A DNA stretch of 64,000 nt from NCBI GenBank assembly GCA_046290465.1, contig JBKAGP010000001.1:2112001-2176000 (forward strand), written 5' to 3'. Positions within the stretch are counted from its first letter, which is position 1; each line of letters starts with the position of its first letter. This DNA comes from Planctomycetota bacterium. Lineage in GTDB: Bacteria > Planctomycetota > UBA1135 > UBA2386. Shown piece by piece: positions 1 through 10,288 of the stretch. Both the position numbers and the translations under genes were made by a program. Under the pieces are notes generated by a model. It did no database searches. It worked only from the letters and a program-made list of their open reading frames with translations, and was not told the DNA's origin.

Positions 1-504
1 CCCGAGCTGCTCGAGGCCAACAACCACAAGGGCGAGGCCTTCGCCAGCGACGCCGTGCGCGTCTGGATCGCGAACGAGGTGCTGGTCGGCGACGACGACG
101 GCGACCAGCCGGCGGGCGACGACGTCAGCGGCGAAGCCCGCAAGCTGGTCGCGCGCGGGCAGCTCGGGGAGGCGATGCGGTTGCTGACGCAGCGCATCGA
201 GATGACCGCCAGCCGCCGCGGCCGCTTCGTGCTGCGTCTGGACCTGGCCCAGATCTGCATCGAGGCCGGCCGCATGGAACTCGCCGTTCCGCAGCTGGAG
301 CAATTGGAACAGGAGGTCGCGCACTTCTCGCTCGAGGAGTGGGAGCCCGACCTCGCCACCAGAGTCGTTCGTTCGCTGTGGCAGTGCGCTTCGGGCAAGA
401 GCCCGGTCGCGTCGCTCGCCGAACGCAGCAAGGACATCTATGCGCGTCTGTGCCGACTGGACCCGGCCGCCGCAGTATCCGCCCCAGGTCCGCAAGGAGA
501 TTGA
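1..504 (+). CDS. tssA: T6SS TssA family protein, C-terminal part (5' truncated by window edge)
   Basis: Frame open from base 1; RGRFVLRLDLAQ...LEEWEP...LCRLDPAAA matches the TssA/VasJ C-terminus; directly precedes tssB. Confidence 0.8.
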   Translation, partial: PELLEANNHKGEAFASDAVRVWIANEVLVGDDDGDQPAGDDVSGEARKLVARGQLGEAMRLLTQRIEMTASRRGRFVLRLDLAQICIEAGRMELAVPQLEQLEQEVAHFSLEEWEPDLATRVVRSLWQCASGKSPVASLAERSKDIYARLCRLDPAAAVSAPGPQGD

Positions 505-506
505 TC

Positions 507-1022
507 ATGGCCAAGGATGGCTCCGTAGCACCTCGCGAGAGGATCAACATCAAGTATCGCCCGGCGACGGGCGACGCGACCGAAGAGAAGGAACTGCCGC
601 TGAAGTTGCTGATGCTCGGCGACTACACGATGCGCAACGACGAGACGCCTCTCGAGGAGCGCAAGCCGGTCCAGATCGACAAGGACAACTACAACGACGT
701 CATGCGGGGGATGAACCTCAAGCTCGACGTCAACGTCAAGGACACCCTGTCCGGCAAGGACGACGAGGAGCTGGCGGCGAACCTGAAGTTCGAGAGCCTG
801 AAGGACTTCGGCCCCGAGTCGATCGCCAACCAGGTGCCCGAACTGCAGCAACTGCTGGCGCTGCGAGAAGCGCTGGTCGCGCTCAAGGGTCCGCTCGGCA
901 ACATGCAGGGCTTCCGCAAGAAGATCCAATCGATCCTGACGGACGACGAGAGCCGCGAGAAGCTGCTCGGCGAGATCCGCAAGGGTGACGACGGCGCCGG
1001 CGACGGCGGCGGTGACAACTGA
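507..1022 (+). CDS. tssB: T6SS contractile sheath small subunit
   Basis: MAKDGSVAPRERINIKY...ELPLKLLMLGDY...DFGPESIANQVPEL; AAGGAG RBS upstream of ATG 507. Confidence 0.95.
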   Translation: MAKDGSVAPRERINIKYRPATGDATEEKELPLKLLMLGDYTMRNDETPLEERKPVQIDKDNYNDVMRGMNLKLDVNVKDTLSGKDDEELAANLKFESLKDFGPESIANQVPELQQLLALREALVALKGPLGNMQGFRKKIQSILTDDESREKLLGEIRKGDDGAGDGGGDN

Positions 1023-1039
1023 TTCTCGGAGACAGCACG

Positions 1040-2527
1040 ATGAGCGAAGAACAGAAGAACGAATCGCAGCAACCCGAAGCTGCCGAAGCCCAGGGCTTCT
1101 CGCTGCTCGACGAGATCATGGAGCAGACCAAGATGTCGCCGGACGACGAGAGCTACGCCGTCGCCCGCCGCGGCGTCGAGGCCTTCATCGGCGAGATGCT
1201 CGCGCCCAAGAGCGCCTACGAGAAGGCCGACAAGACGGCCGTCGACCAGATGATCGCGGAGATCGACCGCAAGCTGAGCGGCCAGATCGACGAGATCCTG
1301 CACCACAAGGACGTGCAGAAGCTCGAGTCCGCCTGGCGCGGTCTCAAGTTCGTGATCGACCGCACCGACTTCCGCGAGGGCAACAAGGTCGAGCTGCTGA
1401 ACATCAGCAAGGAGCAGCTGCTCGAGGACTTCGAGGACAGCCCCGAGGTCGTCCGGTCGGGCCTCTACAAGCTCGCCTACACGGCCGAATACGGCCAGTT
1501 CGGCGGCGAGCCGTACGCCGCGATGATCAGCAACTACGACTTCGGCCCCGGCGCCCAGGACGTCGCGCTGCTGCAGAACTGCGCCAGCGTGGCGTCGATG
1601 GCGCACGCGCCGTTCATCGCCGCCGCCGGCCCGAAGTTCTTCGGGCTCGACGACGACTTCCAGGGCCTCGCCAACCTGAAGGACCTCGACTCGGTGTTCG
1701 AGGGCCCGCAGTACACCAAGTGGAACTCGTTCCGCGAGTCCGAGGACGCGCGCTACGTCGGGCTGACCGCGCCGCGCTTCCTGCTGCGCACCCCCTATGG
1801 AGAAGACAACCCGGTCAAGGCGTTCGACTACAAGGAGAGCGTCGACTCGGGTCACAACAGCTACCTGTGGGGCAACACCGCGTTCGCGTTCGCGACCAAG
1901 CTGACCGAGAGCTTCGCCCAGTACCGCTGGTGCCCGAACATCATCGGTCCGCAGTCGGGTGGCGCGGTCGAGGACCTGCCGCTGCACCAGTACGAGGCCA
2001 ACGGCGCGACCGAGACCAAGATCCCGACCGAGCTGCTGATCTCCGAGCGTCGTGAGTACGAGCTCGCCGAGCAGGGGTTCATCCCGCTGTCGATGCGCAA
2101 GGGCAGCGACAACGCCTGCTTCTTCTCCGCCAACTCGACGCAGAAGGCCAAGTCGTTCGGCACCAGCAAGGAGGGCAAGGAGGCCGAACTCAACTACCGC
2201 CTCGGCACCCAGCTGCCCTACATGTTCGTGATCAACCGACTGGCACACTACATCAAGGTGCTCCAGCGCGAGCAGATCGGCAGCGCCAAGGACCGAAGTG
2301 GCCTCGAGCGCGAACTCAACAGCTGGCTGTCGCAGTACGTCGTCGAGGACGACAACCCGTCGCCGGACGTGCGGGCGCGCCGTCCGCTGCGCGAGGCCAA
2401 GATCCTGGTCGAGGACGTCGAGGGTGAGCCGGGCTGGTACCGGGTGCGCATGCAGGTCCGGCCTCACTTCAAGTACATGGGCGCGATGTTCACGCTGTCC
2501 ATGGTCGGCAAGCTCGACAAGGACTGA
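1040..2527 (+). CDS. tssC: T6SS contractile sheath large subunit
   Basis: LESAWRGL, EYGQFGGEP, HAPFIA, YLWGN, RLAHYIKV, RPHF motifs. Confidence 0.97.
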   Translation: MSEEQKNESQQPEAAEAQGFSLLDEIMEQTKMSPDDESYAVARRGVEAFIGEMLAPKSAYEKADKTAVDQMIAEIDRKLSGQIDEILHHKDVQKLESAWRGLKFVIDRTDFREGNKVELLNISKEQLLEDFEDSPEVVRSGLYKLAYTAEYGQFGGEPYAAMISNYDFGPGAQDVALLQNCASVASMAHAPFIAAAGPKFFGLDDDFQGLANLKDLDSVFEGPQYTKWNSFRESEDARYVGLTAPRFLLRTPYGEDNPVKAFDYKESVDSGHNSYLWGNTAFAFATKLTESFAQYRWCPNIIGPQSGGAVEDLPLHQYEANGATETKIPTELLISERREYELAEQGFIPLSMRKGSDNACFFSANSTQKAKSFGTSKEGKEAELNYRLGTQLPYMFVINRLAHYIKVLQREQIGSAKDRSGLERELNSWLSQYVVEDDNPSPDVRARRPLREAKILVEDVEGEPGWYRVRMQVRPHFKYMGAMFTLSMVGKLDKD

Positions 2528-2544
2528 TGCGGCTGCAACGCGGC

Positions 2545-2593
2545 CGGGACGGGACCGTTACCCCTCGCACCTGCGAGAGGGTCCCGCTCCCGG
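2545..2593 (+). other. Long imperfect GC-rich hairpin between tssC and hcp
   Basis: CCGGGACGGGACC...CTCGCA-cc-TGCGAG...GGTCCCGCTCCCGG; no U-tract. Confidence 0.4.
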
Positions 2594-2687
2594 CGATCGC
2601 GCCGAGCTTCCTCACCCCCACACCAAGACCGAGTCCGTTCCCCAACCAGTGGCGGCCGACGCCGCCTGAGCCCAGGAGAGATCAGTT

Positions 2688-3170
2688 ATGGCAAGTATGA
2701 AGGTATTCATGAAGGTCGAAGGCATCGCCGGCTCCTCGATGGAGAAGGGCCGCGCCGACTGGAGCGACGTGCGTGGCTTCGACCACCTGCTGCAGTACCC
2801 GTTCGACATGCGCGACAACCGCGGCCGCGGCGAGCCCGAGCACGGTGCCTGCACGGTGACCAAGGAGATCGACAAGGCCTCGCCGAAGTTCTACGAGGCG
2901 CTGGCGAAGAAGAAGAAGATCGACTCGATCCTGCTCGAGTTCGAACGCGACAAGCCGGGCGAAGGCTCGACCGAGGCCTACTTCCGCATCGAGCTCGAGG
3001 ACTGCCGCGTGATCACGGCGCGCCCGCACGTCCCGAGCCCGACCGGCGGCGGCGAGAACGCTCCCCCGCACGTCGAAGAGATCGGCTTCGCCTACCGCAA
3101 GATCACGTGGACCTGGGATTCGGGCGGCGCGATCGAGACGACCTTCGACTTCAGCGACCCGCAGGCCTGA
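2688..3170 (+). CDS. hcp: T6SS tube protein Hcp
   Basis: FMKVEGIAGSS, TVTKEIDKASP, EEIGFAYRKITW; 160 aa; locus context. Confidence 0.93.
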   Translation: MASMKVFMKVEGIAGSSMEKGRADWSDVRGFDHLLQYPFDMRDNRGRGEPEHGACTVTKEIDKASPKFYEALAKKKKIDSILLEFERDKPGEGSTEAYFRIELEDCRVITARPHVPSPTGGGENAPPHVEEIGFAYRKITWTWDSGGAIETTFDFSDPQA

Positions 3171-3200
3171 GCTGCCTGCACCTGACGCAGCCGCAAGACC

Positions 3201-3617
3201 ATGCCTCTCTCCGATTCGACGCTGTTCGAACGGCTGCGTGATGACCGCGCGGCCAGGGAACCTTCGATGTCCCTGGACCGCGCCCGCCTGCGACAGTCGA
3301 TCGCCGCCAACCTGGAGCGCATCTTCGGATCGCGCGAGATGCACGCCCCCGCCCAACTCGAGTACGGCATGCCCGACCCGAACACGATCCTCCACGCGCA
3401 GGACGGCGGCGCCGAGCTGCTCCGCAAGCGCCTGAAGGAATGCGTCGAGCGCTACGAACCGCGGCTCCAGAAGGTGCGCGTGCTGCACATCGAATCGGCC
3501 GAGCTCGGCCACCAGATCCAGTTCTCCCTGCACGCGACGCTGCAGAGCAACCCACCCGAGCCGATCACCCTCGACGCGACGATCGCGGCCAACGGCCGCA
3601 TCGCCGTGACCGTCTGA
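3201..3617 (+). CDS. tssE: T6SS baseplate TssE (gp25-like)
   Basis: TLFERL...SIAANLERIFGSR...YGMPD...YEPRL. Confidence 0.9.
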   Translation: MPLSDSTLFERLRDDRAAREPSMSLDRARLRQSIAANLERIFGSREMHAPAQLEYGMPDPNTILHAQDGGAELLRKRLKECVERYEPRLQKVRVLHIESAELGHQIQFSLHATLQSNPPEPITLDATIAANGRIAVTV

Positions 3618-3627
3618 CCTCCTCCCC

Positions 3628-5322
3628 ATGTTCGCGAAGTACTACCAGGACGAGCTCGCGTGGCTGCGCGAGATGGGCGCCGAACTCGCCAACGCGCGCC
3701 CGGAGATGGCCCGCTACCTCGGCGAGCCGGGCGCCGACCCGGACGTCGAGCGCCTGCTCGAGGGCTTCGCGTTCCTGACCGGCCGGATCCGCGAGAAGCT
3801 CGACGACGAGTTCCCCGAGCTGACCCACGGCTTCATGGACATGTTCTGCCCGCACTACCTGCGGCCGATCCCGTCCATGACGATCCTGCAGGTCACGCCG
3901 AAGCCGAACCAGAACGTCGCCGGCGTCACCGTGCCACGCGGCACCCCGATCGACTCGGTGCCGATCGACGGCACCCGCTGCCGCTTCCGGACCACCGCCG
4001 ACTTCCGTCCGGCGCCGTTCGAGCTGCTCGCCCTGACGTTCACGATCGGCCATCCGTCCCGGCTCAACCTGCAGCTGCGTGCGCGCGGCGGCAGCGGCCC
4101 GATTCGCCTGCACCTGACCGGCGACAGCCAGGTCTCTCGAGCGCTCTACGTCGCGCTCTGCCACGGCGTCGCACGGATCCGCGTCAAGGCCGACGGTGCG
4201 ACCACCGAGCGCGCCGACATCCGCATCCGACCTGCCGGCCTCGCCGACGACGAGGCCGCGCTGCCGCTGCCACCGGGCGCGTTCCGCGGCTTCCGGCTGC
4301 TGCAGGAGTACTTCGCGTTCCCGGACCGCTTCCTGTTCGTCGACGTCGACGGCCTCGACAGCATCCGCGGCGACTGCGAACTCGAGTTCGAGTTCGGCGA
4401 ACTGCCGGAGAACATGCCGCCGGTCGCGCTCGCCAACGTCGTGCTCGACTGTGTGCCGGCGATCAACCTGTTCCCGCACGACGCCGACCCGGTGCGCGCG
4501 GAGGCCGGCCGCACCGAGTACCGGATCCGCCCGTCCGGCAAGGACTGGCAGCACTTCGAAGTGCACACCGTGCAGAAGGTGTCCGGCCGGGTTCGCGGCG
4601 GCACCAGGCAGGAGAGCTACGAGCCGTTCTTCTCGTTCCACGGCCGGGACCGCAGCGCGGCGCGCTACTACCAGCTGCGCCGCAACGAGTCGGTGTCGAC
4701 CGAGGGTTCGGACACCTACCTGCGGCTCGGCGCGACCGACCCCGACGCGTGGTCGGAGCTGGACACGATCAGCATCGAGACCACCTGCACCAACCGCAAC
4801 CTGCCGACCCGACTGGGCCCCGGCGACATCGCGACGCCGACCACCGAGACGCCGGGCGCGTTCCAGTTCCGCAACCTCGGATCGCCCTCGGCGCCGATCC
4901 AGCCGCCGCTCGGCGACGAGGTGCACTGGCGGCTGCTGTCGCACATGACCCTCGACCTGCGCCGCCTGGCGGATCGCGACTCGCTGTGCACGGCGCTGGC
5001 CCTCTACGACTTCCGCGCTCGCACCGACCGCCAGGCGCGCCGCCGCCTCGACAACCTGCTCGGCGCGATCGCCGACGTCGGCTCCTGCCGCGGCACCGAG
5101 CTGCTCGACGGCGTGCCGGTGCACGGCACCGAGATGCAGGTCCGGATCGACGAGGAGAAGGCCGGCGGCGAAGGCGAGGTCTACCTGTTCGGCACGGTGC
5201 TCGACGAACTGCTCGCGCAGTACGTGTCCCTCAATTCATTCTCCCGCCTGCGCATCCACTGCACCGGCAACAACGAGGTCTTCCGATGGAACGCGCGGAT
5301 CGGACGCCGGATCACCCTCTGA
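3628..5322 (+). CDS. tssF: T6SS baseplate TssF
   Basis: YYQDELAWLRE, DPDVERLLEGFAFL, LLQEYFAFPDRF, PAINLF, TCTNRNLP, SLNSF. Confidence 0.95.
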   Translation: MFAKYYQDELAWLREMGAELANARPEMARYLGEPGADPDVERLLEGFAFLTGRIREKLDDEFPELTHGFMDMFCPHYLRPIPSMTILQVTPKPNQNVAGVTVPRGTPIDSVPIDGTRCRFRTTADFRPAPFELLALTFTIGHPSRLNLQLRARGGSGPIRLHLTGDSQVSRALYVALCHGVARIRVKADGATTERADIRIRPAGLADDEAALPLPPGAFRGFRLLQEYFAFPDRFLFVDVDGLDSIRGDCELEFEFGELPENMPPVALANVVLDCVPAINLFPHDADPVRAEAGRTEYRIRPSGKDWQHFEVHTVQKVSGRVRGGTRQESYEPFFSFHGRDRSAARYYQLRRNESVSTEGSDTYLRLGATDPDAWSELDTISIETTCTNRNLPTRLGPGDIATPTTETPGAFQFRNLGSPSAPIQPPLGDEVHWRLLSHMTLDLRRLADRDSLCTALALYDFRARTDRQARRRLDNLLGAIADVGSCRGTELLDGVPVHGTEMQVRIDEEKAGGEGEVYLFGTVLDELLAQYVSLNSFSRLRIHCTGNNEVFRWNARIGRRITL

Positions 5323-6305
5323 TCGCGGCGCTGCGGCGGCGCAGCAGCGAGAGCGCGTTCCACGAGCTGGTGCGCGTGATCGAGTCGTTGCCCCGGCGAA
5401 ACGACCAGGTCGCGGTCGGCCACCAGGGGCCGCCGTCGCGCGAGGGCGTGCGATTCGAACCGGCGCTCGACTTCTCGTTCGGACCGAGCGAGGTCGACGC
5501 GCTCGACTACGACGAGCAGCACGACCGCTACCGGCTGGTCAGCCGCTTCTTCGGCCTCTACGGCACGCACTCGCCGCTGCCGGCCCACTACACCGAACAG
5601 CTGCTCTACGAGGATCCCGACGGCCGCCTGCGCGCGTTCCTCGACATCTTCAACCACCGGCTGCTGTCGCTGCGCTACCGCGCCTGGAAGAAGTACCGCC
5701 ACAATGCCCAGTTCGACGGGCGCGGCGCCGATGCGACGTCGATGCGGATGCGGATCCTGGCGCATCTCGAGCGCCTGGGCGAACCGATCGCGATGCTCGG
5801 GTTCGCCGGCCTGCTGCACCAACAGCCCCTGTCCGAGGCCACGCTCGAGCAGATCCTGCAGCACAGCCTCGAGGTCCCGGTCGAGGTGCATTCGTGCCAT
5901 GTGCGATGGGTCGCGGTGCCGCCCCACCAGCGCAACGCGCTCGGCCGCGACAACTGCACGCTCGGCGGCCTCTGCGCCCTCGGCGGCGAGGTGCGCTCGG
6001 CGACCACCGCGTTCCGCGTCGTAGTCGGCCCGCTCGACTACAAGCGCTTCAAGACGTTCCTCCCGGGCGGCCGCCGGCGCGAGGCGCTGGTCGCCCTGAT
6101 CGACCGCCTCAACGGCGACCAGCTCGACTGCGAGATCGCCGTCGAGATCGCCGCGGACGCGATCGAACCGACCTGGCTCGGCGAGAAGCGTCAGGGCCTC
6201 GGATGGAACACCTGGCTCGGCGAGGACGCGTCGGAGCTGGCCCCCACTCTGGGCGACACCGTGTCGCGCACCCTCCACTCTCCCAGCAATCCTCAGCTCG
6301 CCTGA
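5286..6305 (+). CDS. tssG: T6SS baseplate TssG
   Basis: FFGLYGTHSPLPAHYTE, FLDIFNHRL, FLPGG, LGWNTWLG; start placed at ATG 5286 overlapping tssF. Confidence 0.92.
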   Translation: MERADRTPDHPLIAALRRRSSESAFHELVRVIESLPRRNDQVAVGHQGPPSREGVRFEPALDFSFGPSEVDALDYDEQHDRYRLVSRFFGLYGTHSPLPAHYTEQLLYEDPDGRLRAFLDIFNHRLLSLRYRAWKKYRHNAQFDGRGADATSMRMRILAHLERLGEPIAMLGFAGLLHQQPLSEATLEQILQHSLEVPVEVHSCHVRWVAVPPHQRNALGRDNCTLGGLCALGGEVRSATTAFRVVVGPLDYKRFKTFLPGGRRREALVALIDRLNGDQLDCEIAVEIAADAIEPTWLGEKRQGLGWNTWLGEDASELAPTLGDTVSRTLHSPSNPQLA

Positions 6306-8944
6306 TGGTCGACGTCGACATCAAAGCAATCGTCTCCCGGCTCAACCCTTCGTGCACGCGCGCGCTCGAGCGCGCCGCCGGCATGAGCGTCTCGCGGCAG
6401 CACCACGAGATCACCGTCGAGCACATGCTGGCATCGCTGCTGGAGGATCCCTACACCGACGTGCAGAGCATCCTCAAGCACTTCGGCATCGATGTGGGCC
6501 GCCTGCAGAAGGCGCTCAACGGCACGCTCGACCAGCTGCGCACCGGCAACACCGGGCGACCGGTGTTCTCGCCGACGCTCGTCAGCTGGCTCAAGGACTC
6601 GTGGGTCCTCGGCTCGCTCACCCACCGCGACTCGAAGGTGCGCTCGGGCCACCTGGTGCACGCGATGCTCGACGGCGGCATGCGCATCTGCGGCGGCGAC
6701 TACGCGACGCTGCTGGAGCAGATCAAGAAGAGCGAGCTGTCCGAGAAGCTGGACGAGATCACCTCGGACTCGTCCGAGCAGGGCGAGATGCAGGAGGCGA
6801 ACGCGGCTGCCGGCGGCGGCTCACCGGCAGGTGCCGCGCCGACCGGCGACAGCGCGCTCGAGAAGTTCTGCACCAACCTGACGCAGCGCGCCCGCGACGG
6901 CCACATCGACCCGATCTTCGGCCGCGATCGCGAGATCCGGCAGATGGTCGACATCCTGGCGCGACGCCGGAAGAACAACCCGATCATCGTCGGCGAGGCC
7001 GGCGTCGGAAAGACCGCTCTGGTCGAAGGCCTGGCGATCAAGATCGTCGCCGGCGAGGTCTCGGAGCAGCTCAAGGACGTCGACCTGTTGACGCTCGATC
7101 TCGGTCTGCTGCAGGCCGGCGCCAGCGTGAAGGGCGAGTTCGAGAACCGACTCAAGAACGTCATCGACGAGGTCAAGGCCTCGGAGAAGCCGATCATCCT
7201 GTTCATCGACGAGGCCCACACGCTGATCGGCGCCGGCGGCGCCGCGGGCTCCGGCGACGCCGCCAACCTGCTCAAGCCGGCGCTGGCGCGCGGCGAGCTG
7301 CGCACGGTCGCCGCGACCACCTGGTCCGAGTACAAGAAATACTTCGAGAAGGACCCCGCGCTGGCGCGCCGCTTCCAGCCCGTCAAGGTCGACGAGCCCG
7401 ACACCGACACCGCGATCGGCATGCTGCGCGGCCTGCGCGGTCGCTACGAGGACGCCCACGGCGTGGTCATGCAGGACGACGCGGTCGTCGCCGCCGCCGA
7501 GATGGCCAGTCGCTACATCGCCGGCCGCCAGCATCCCGACAAGGGCGTCGACCTGATGGACACGGCGTCGGCACGCGTGCGGATCTCGATGGCGGCCAAG
7601 CCCGGCGTCATCGAGGACCTCGAGGCCCGCATCCAGACCGCCGAACGTGAGAAGGACGCGCGCGAACGCGACCGACAGAACGGCGCCCCCGATCTCGACG
7701 CACGCATCGAAGAGCTCGGGCACGAACTGACCGGGCTCGCCAGCCAGCGCGACGAGCTGACGAGCCAGTGGCAGACCGAGAAGGAGCTCGCGACCAAGGT
7801 GCTGGACCTGCGCGACCAGGTCGTCGAGGCGCGCGCGAGAGACGACGAGGCCAAGGCCACGGATCTGCAGGCGCAGGCCAAGGCGGCGCTCGACGAACTG
7901 CGCAGCAAGCAGGGCAAAGAGGCGCTCGTGCACGTCGAGGTCACGCCCGAGGTCGTCGGCCAGGTGATCGCCGATTGGACCGGCATCCCGGTCGGCAACA
8001 TGATCCGCGACGAGGCCAAGCTGCTGCTCGAACTCGAGCACGAGCTGGTCCAGCGCGTGAAGGGCCAGGATCACGTCATGGGAACGATCGCCGAGGGCAT
8101 CCGCGCCGCCAAGGCCGGACTCAAGGCGCCGGAGGTGCCGATGGGCATCTTCCTGTTCGTCGGTCCGAGCGGCGTCGGCAAGACCGAGACCGCCCTGGCG
8201 GTCGCCGACCTGCTGTTCGGCGGCGAGCGCTTCATGACGACGATCAACATGTCGGAGTTCAAGGAGAAGCACAACATCTCCAAGCTGATCGGCTCACCGC
8301 CGGGCTACGTCGGCTACGGCGAAGGCGGCCAGCTGACCGAAGCGGTGCGGCAACGTCCCTACTCCGTGGTGCTGCTCGACGAGTGCGAGAAGGCCGACGT
8401 CGAGGTCATGGAGGTGTTCTACCAGGTCTTCGACAAGGGCGTGCTCTCGGACGGCGAAGGGCGCGACGTCGACTTCAAGGACACCGTCATCTTCCTGACG
8501 AGCAACCTCGCGACCGACATCCTGACCGAAGCGGGGATGAGCGAGAACCCGCCGGATCCCGAGACGCTCGCGTCGATGATCCGTCCGGCGCTGTCGGCGC
8601 ACTTCAAGCCGGCGCTGCTGGCGCGCATGACGATCGTGCCGTTCTATCCGCTGAAGCCGGAGGTGCTGCAGATGATCACGCGCCTGAAGCTGGGCAAGAT
8701 CGTGAAGCGCCTGAAGGAGACGCACGACATCGACGCGACGTTCTCCGACGCGGTCGTCGACGCAATTGCCGCGCGCTGCACCGAGGTCGAGACCGGCGCC
8801 CGCAACGTCGACCACATCATCCGCGGCAACCTGCTGCCGCGCATGTCGCGGCAGCTGCTCGAGCAGATGAGCGGCGACGAGATGCCGTCGAAGCTCGAGG
8901 TCGTCGTCGACGAGCACGGCCAGTTCGACATGGAGTTCCGCTAG
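6305..8944 (+). CDS. clpV: T6SS AAA+ ATPase ClpV/TssH
   Basis: Two Walker A motifs (GEAGVGKT, GPSGVGKT), ILFIDEAH, PPGYVGYGEGG; TGATG overlap with tssG. Confidence 0.96.
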   Translation: MVDVDIKAIVSRLNPSCTRALERAAGMSVSRQHHEITVEHMLASLLEDPYTDVQSILKHFGIDVGRLQKALNGTLDQLRTGNTGRPVFSPTLVSWLKDSWVLGSLTHRDSKVRSGHLVHAMLDGGMRICGGDYATLLEQIKKSELSEKLDEITSDSSEQGEMQEANAAAGGGSPAGAAPTGDSALEKFCTNLTQRARDGHIDPIFGRDREIRQMVDILARRRKNNPIIVGEAGVGKTALVEGLAIKIVAGEVSEQLKDVDLLTLDLGLLQAGASVKGEFENRLKNVIDEVKASEKPIILFIDEAHTLIGAGGAAGSGDAANLLKPALARGELRTVAATTWSEYKKYFEKDPALARRFQPVKVDEPDTDTAIGMLRGLRGRYEDAHGVVMQDDAVVAAAEMASRYIAGRQHPDKGVDLMDTASARVRISMAAKPGVIEDLEARIQTAEREKDARERDRQNGAPDLDARIEELGHELTGLASQRDELTSQWQTEKELATKVLDLRDQVVEARARDDEAKATDLQAQAKAALDELRSKQGKEALVHVEVTPEVVGQVIADWTGIPVGNMIRDEAKLLLELEHELVQRVKGQDHVMGTIAEGIRAAKAGLKAPEVPMGIFLFVGPSGVGKTETALAVADLLFGGERFMTTINMSEFKEKHNISKLIGSPPGYVGYGEGGQLTEAVRQRPYSVVLLDECEKADVEVMEVFYQVFDKGVLSDGEGRDVDFKDTVIFLTSNLATDILTEAGMSENPPDPETLASMIRPALSAHFKPALLARMTIVPFYPLKPEVLQMITRLKLGKIVKRLKETHDIDATFSDAVVDAIAARCTEVETGARNVDHIIRGNLLPRMSRQLLEQMSGDEMPSKLEVVVDEHGQFDMEFR

Positions 8945-8949
8945 CCCCG

Positions 8950-9618
8950 ATGCCCGTAGCGATCCACGATCAGGCGCTGCCGCGACCGCTGCCGGTCCCG
9001 GACCATGCCCGGCACCGCGGCTACCACCGCCGCTACGAGGTGCACGCGCGTGGCGGACGGTGCCAGCTCCAGCAGGTCCGCGTGCACATCCGCTACCTGT
9101 ACGGCGGCGAGCGCGTCGCCGACTACCGCCAGACCTACAGCGAGTTCTTCCGGTTCGAGCGCGACGACGCGAGCCTGGTCGACACCCACGACTTCGACCT
9201 GGCCCGCGACGGCTGGCGCCAGTCGGTCATCGTCGGCCTGGTTCGGCGCCACCGCGCCGAGGGCACGGCGCTGCCGACCGGCGAGGCCGAGCTCGACGTG
9301 CGCAAGCAGTTCTCGATCGCGCCCGGCGACGTGCGCGGGAACGCCGGCGCCGAGCTGCGACCGGGCGCGACGTTCGGCCTGTTGCGCGATGGCCCCGGGG
9401 GCCCGTCGCGGACCCGCCTGACGATCGCCCGAGGCGACGGCCTCCCCGTCGTGATCGACGACCTGCCCAGCTGCCCGCCCGGGTAGCCGGTCCAGGGGAC
9501 CGGTTCGTTCGCCACATCGCGTGGCGGCCGCGCGTTCGAGCACTACCGCTTCCGCTTCGCCAACCTGACCGGGCGGTTCGCCGACCGCGGCGGCTACCAC
9601 CCCATTCGCATCGCCTGA
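8950..9618 (+). pseudogene. Uncharacterised T6SS-linked gene with in-frame TAG at 9484-9486 (178 aa + 43 further codons)
   Basis: After the TAG the same frame continues with typical codon usage (PVQGTGSF...FEHYRFRFANLTGRFADRGGYHPIRIA) to TGA 9616-9618, 1 nt before the next ATG. Confidence 0.55.
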
Positions 9619-9619
9619 C

Positions 9620-10195
9620 ATGAACCAGCCGACCCGACCCGTGGCGCAGCCAGCCCGTCCGTCGTTCCCGACCGGCGAACCGACCACCTACCTCGGCCCC
9701 GCCCGCGTCCTCGCCAGCGCAGGCGGACCACTGCGCGCCGTTCTCGAGGACGACGCAGCCACCGAGGTCGTGGTGCAGCCGGCGTTGACGTTCCCGTACG
9801 AACCGCACGAAGGCGACGTCCTGCTGGTGCTCGGCCAACCGTCGCAGCACTTCGCCGTCGGGGTGATCGCCGCCAGCAAGCCGCAGGGCCTGACGTTCCC
9901 CGGCGAGACCCGGGTGCACGCCAGCCAGGGCCGCCTGGTGCTGAGCAGCGACCAGGCCGTCGAGCTGCGCGCCCCGCGGGTCTCGGTGCGCACAGGACTG
10001 TTGCGCACGATCGCGACGCGTGTCGTCGAGAAGGCCGGCAGCATGCGCCGCTGGGTGCGCGGCGTGTTCGCCCTGCGCGCCGGCGAGTCCCGTCGGCTCG
10101 TCGACGGCCTCGACAGCACCCGCTGCGAGAACTCCACCACCCTCGCCAAGGACACCGTCAAGATCGACGGCGACCAGCTCCACCTCGGGCACTGA
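9620..10195 (+). CDS. DUF3540-family T6SS accessory protein (TagC-like)
   Basis: YEPHEGDVLLV and C-terminal AKDTVKIDGDQLHLG. Confidence 0.8.
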   Translation: MNQPTRPVAQPARPSFPTGEPTTYLGPARVLASAGGPLRAVLEDDAATEVVVQPALTFPYEPHEGDVLLVLGQPSQHFAVGVIAASKPQGLTFPGETRVHASQGRLVLSSDQAVELRAPRVSVRTGLLRTIATRVVEKAGSMRRWVRGVFALRAGESRRLVDGLDSTRCENSTTLAKDTVKIDGDQLHLGH

Positions 10196-10278
10196 GCCAA
10201 CCAGCGGCACTGAGCCAACCAACGGCACTGGGCCAACCAACGGCACTGGGCCAATCGACGGGCACTGCGCCAACCAAG
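10188..10278 (+). repeat. About 5 x 18-bp tandem repeat GGCACTG(A/G/C)GCCAACCA(A/G)C
   Basis: Directly visible; first unit contains the DUF3540 stop codon; fills the gap before vgrG. Confidence 0.9.
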
Positions 10279-10288
10279 CCGAACCACC

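Noticed and set aside
9484..9486. Pyrrolysine or genome-wide amber recoding
   Set aside because: TAG is a normal stop in many genes here and no pyl genes are in the window; a point mutation is more parsimonious
10188..10278. 18-bp repeats as a mini-CRISPR
   Set aside because: Units are head-to-tail with no unique spacers
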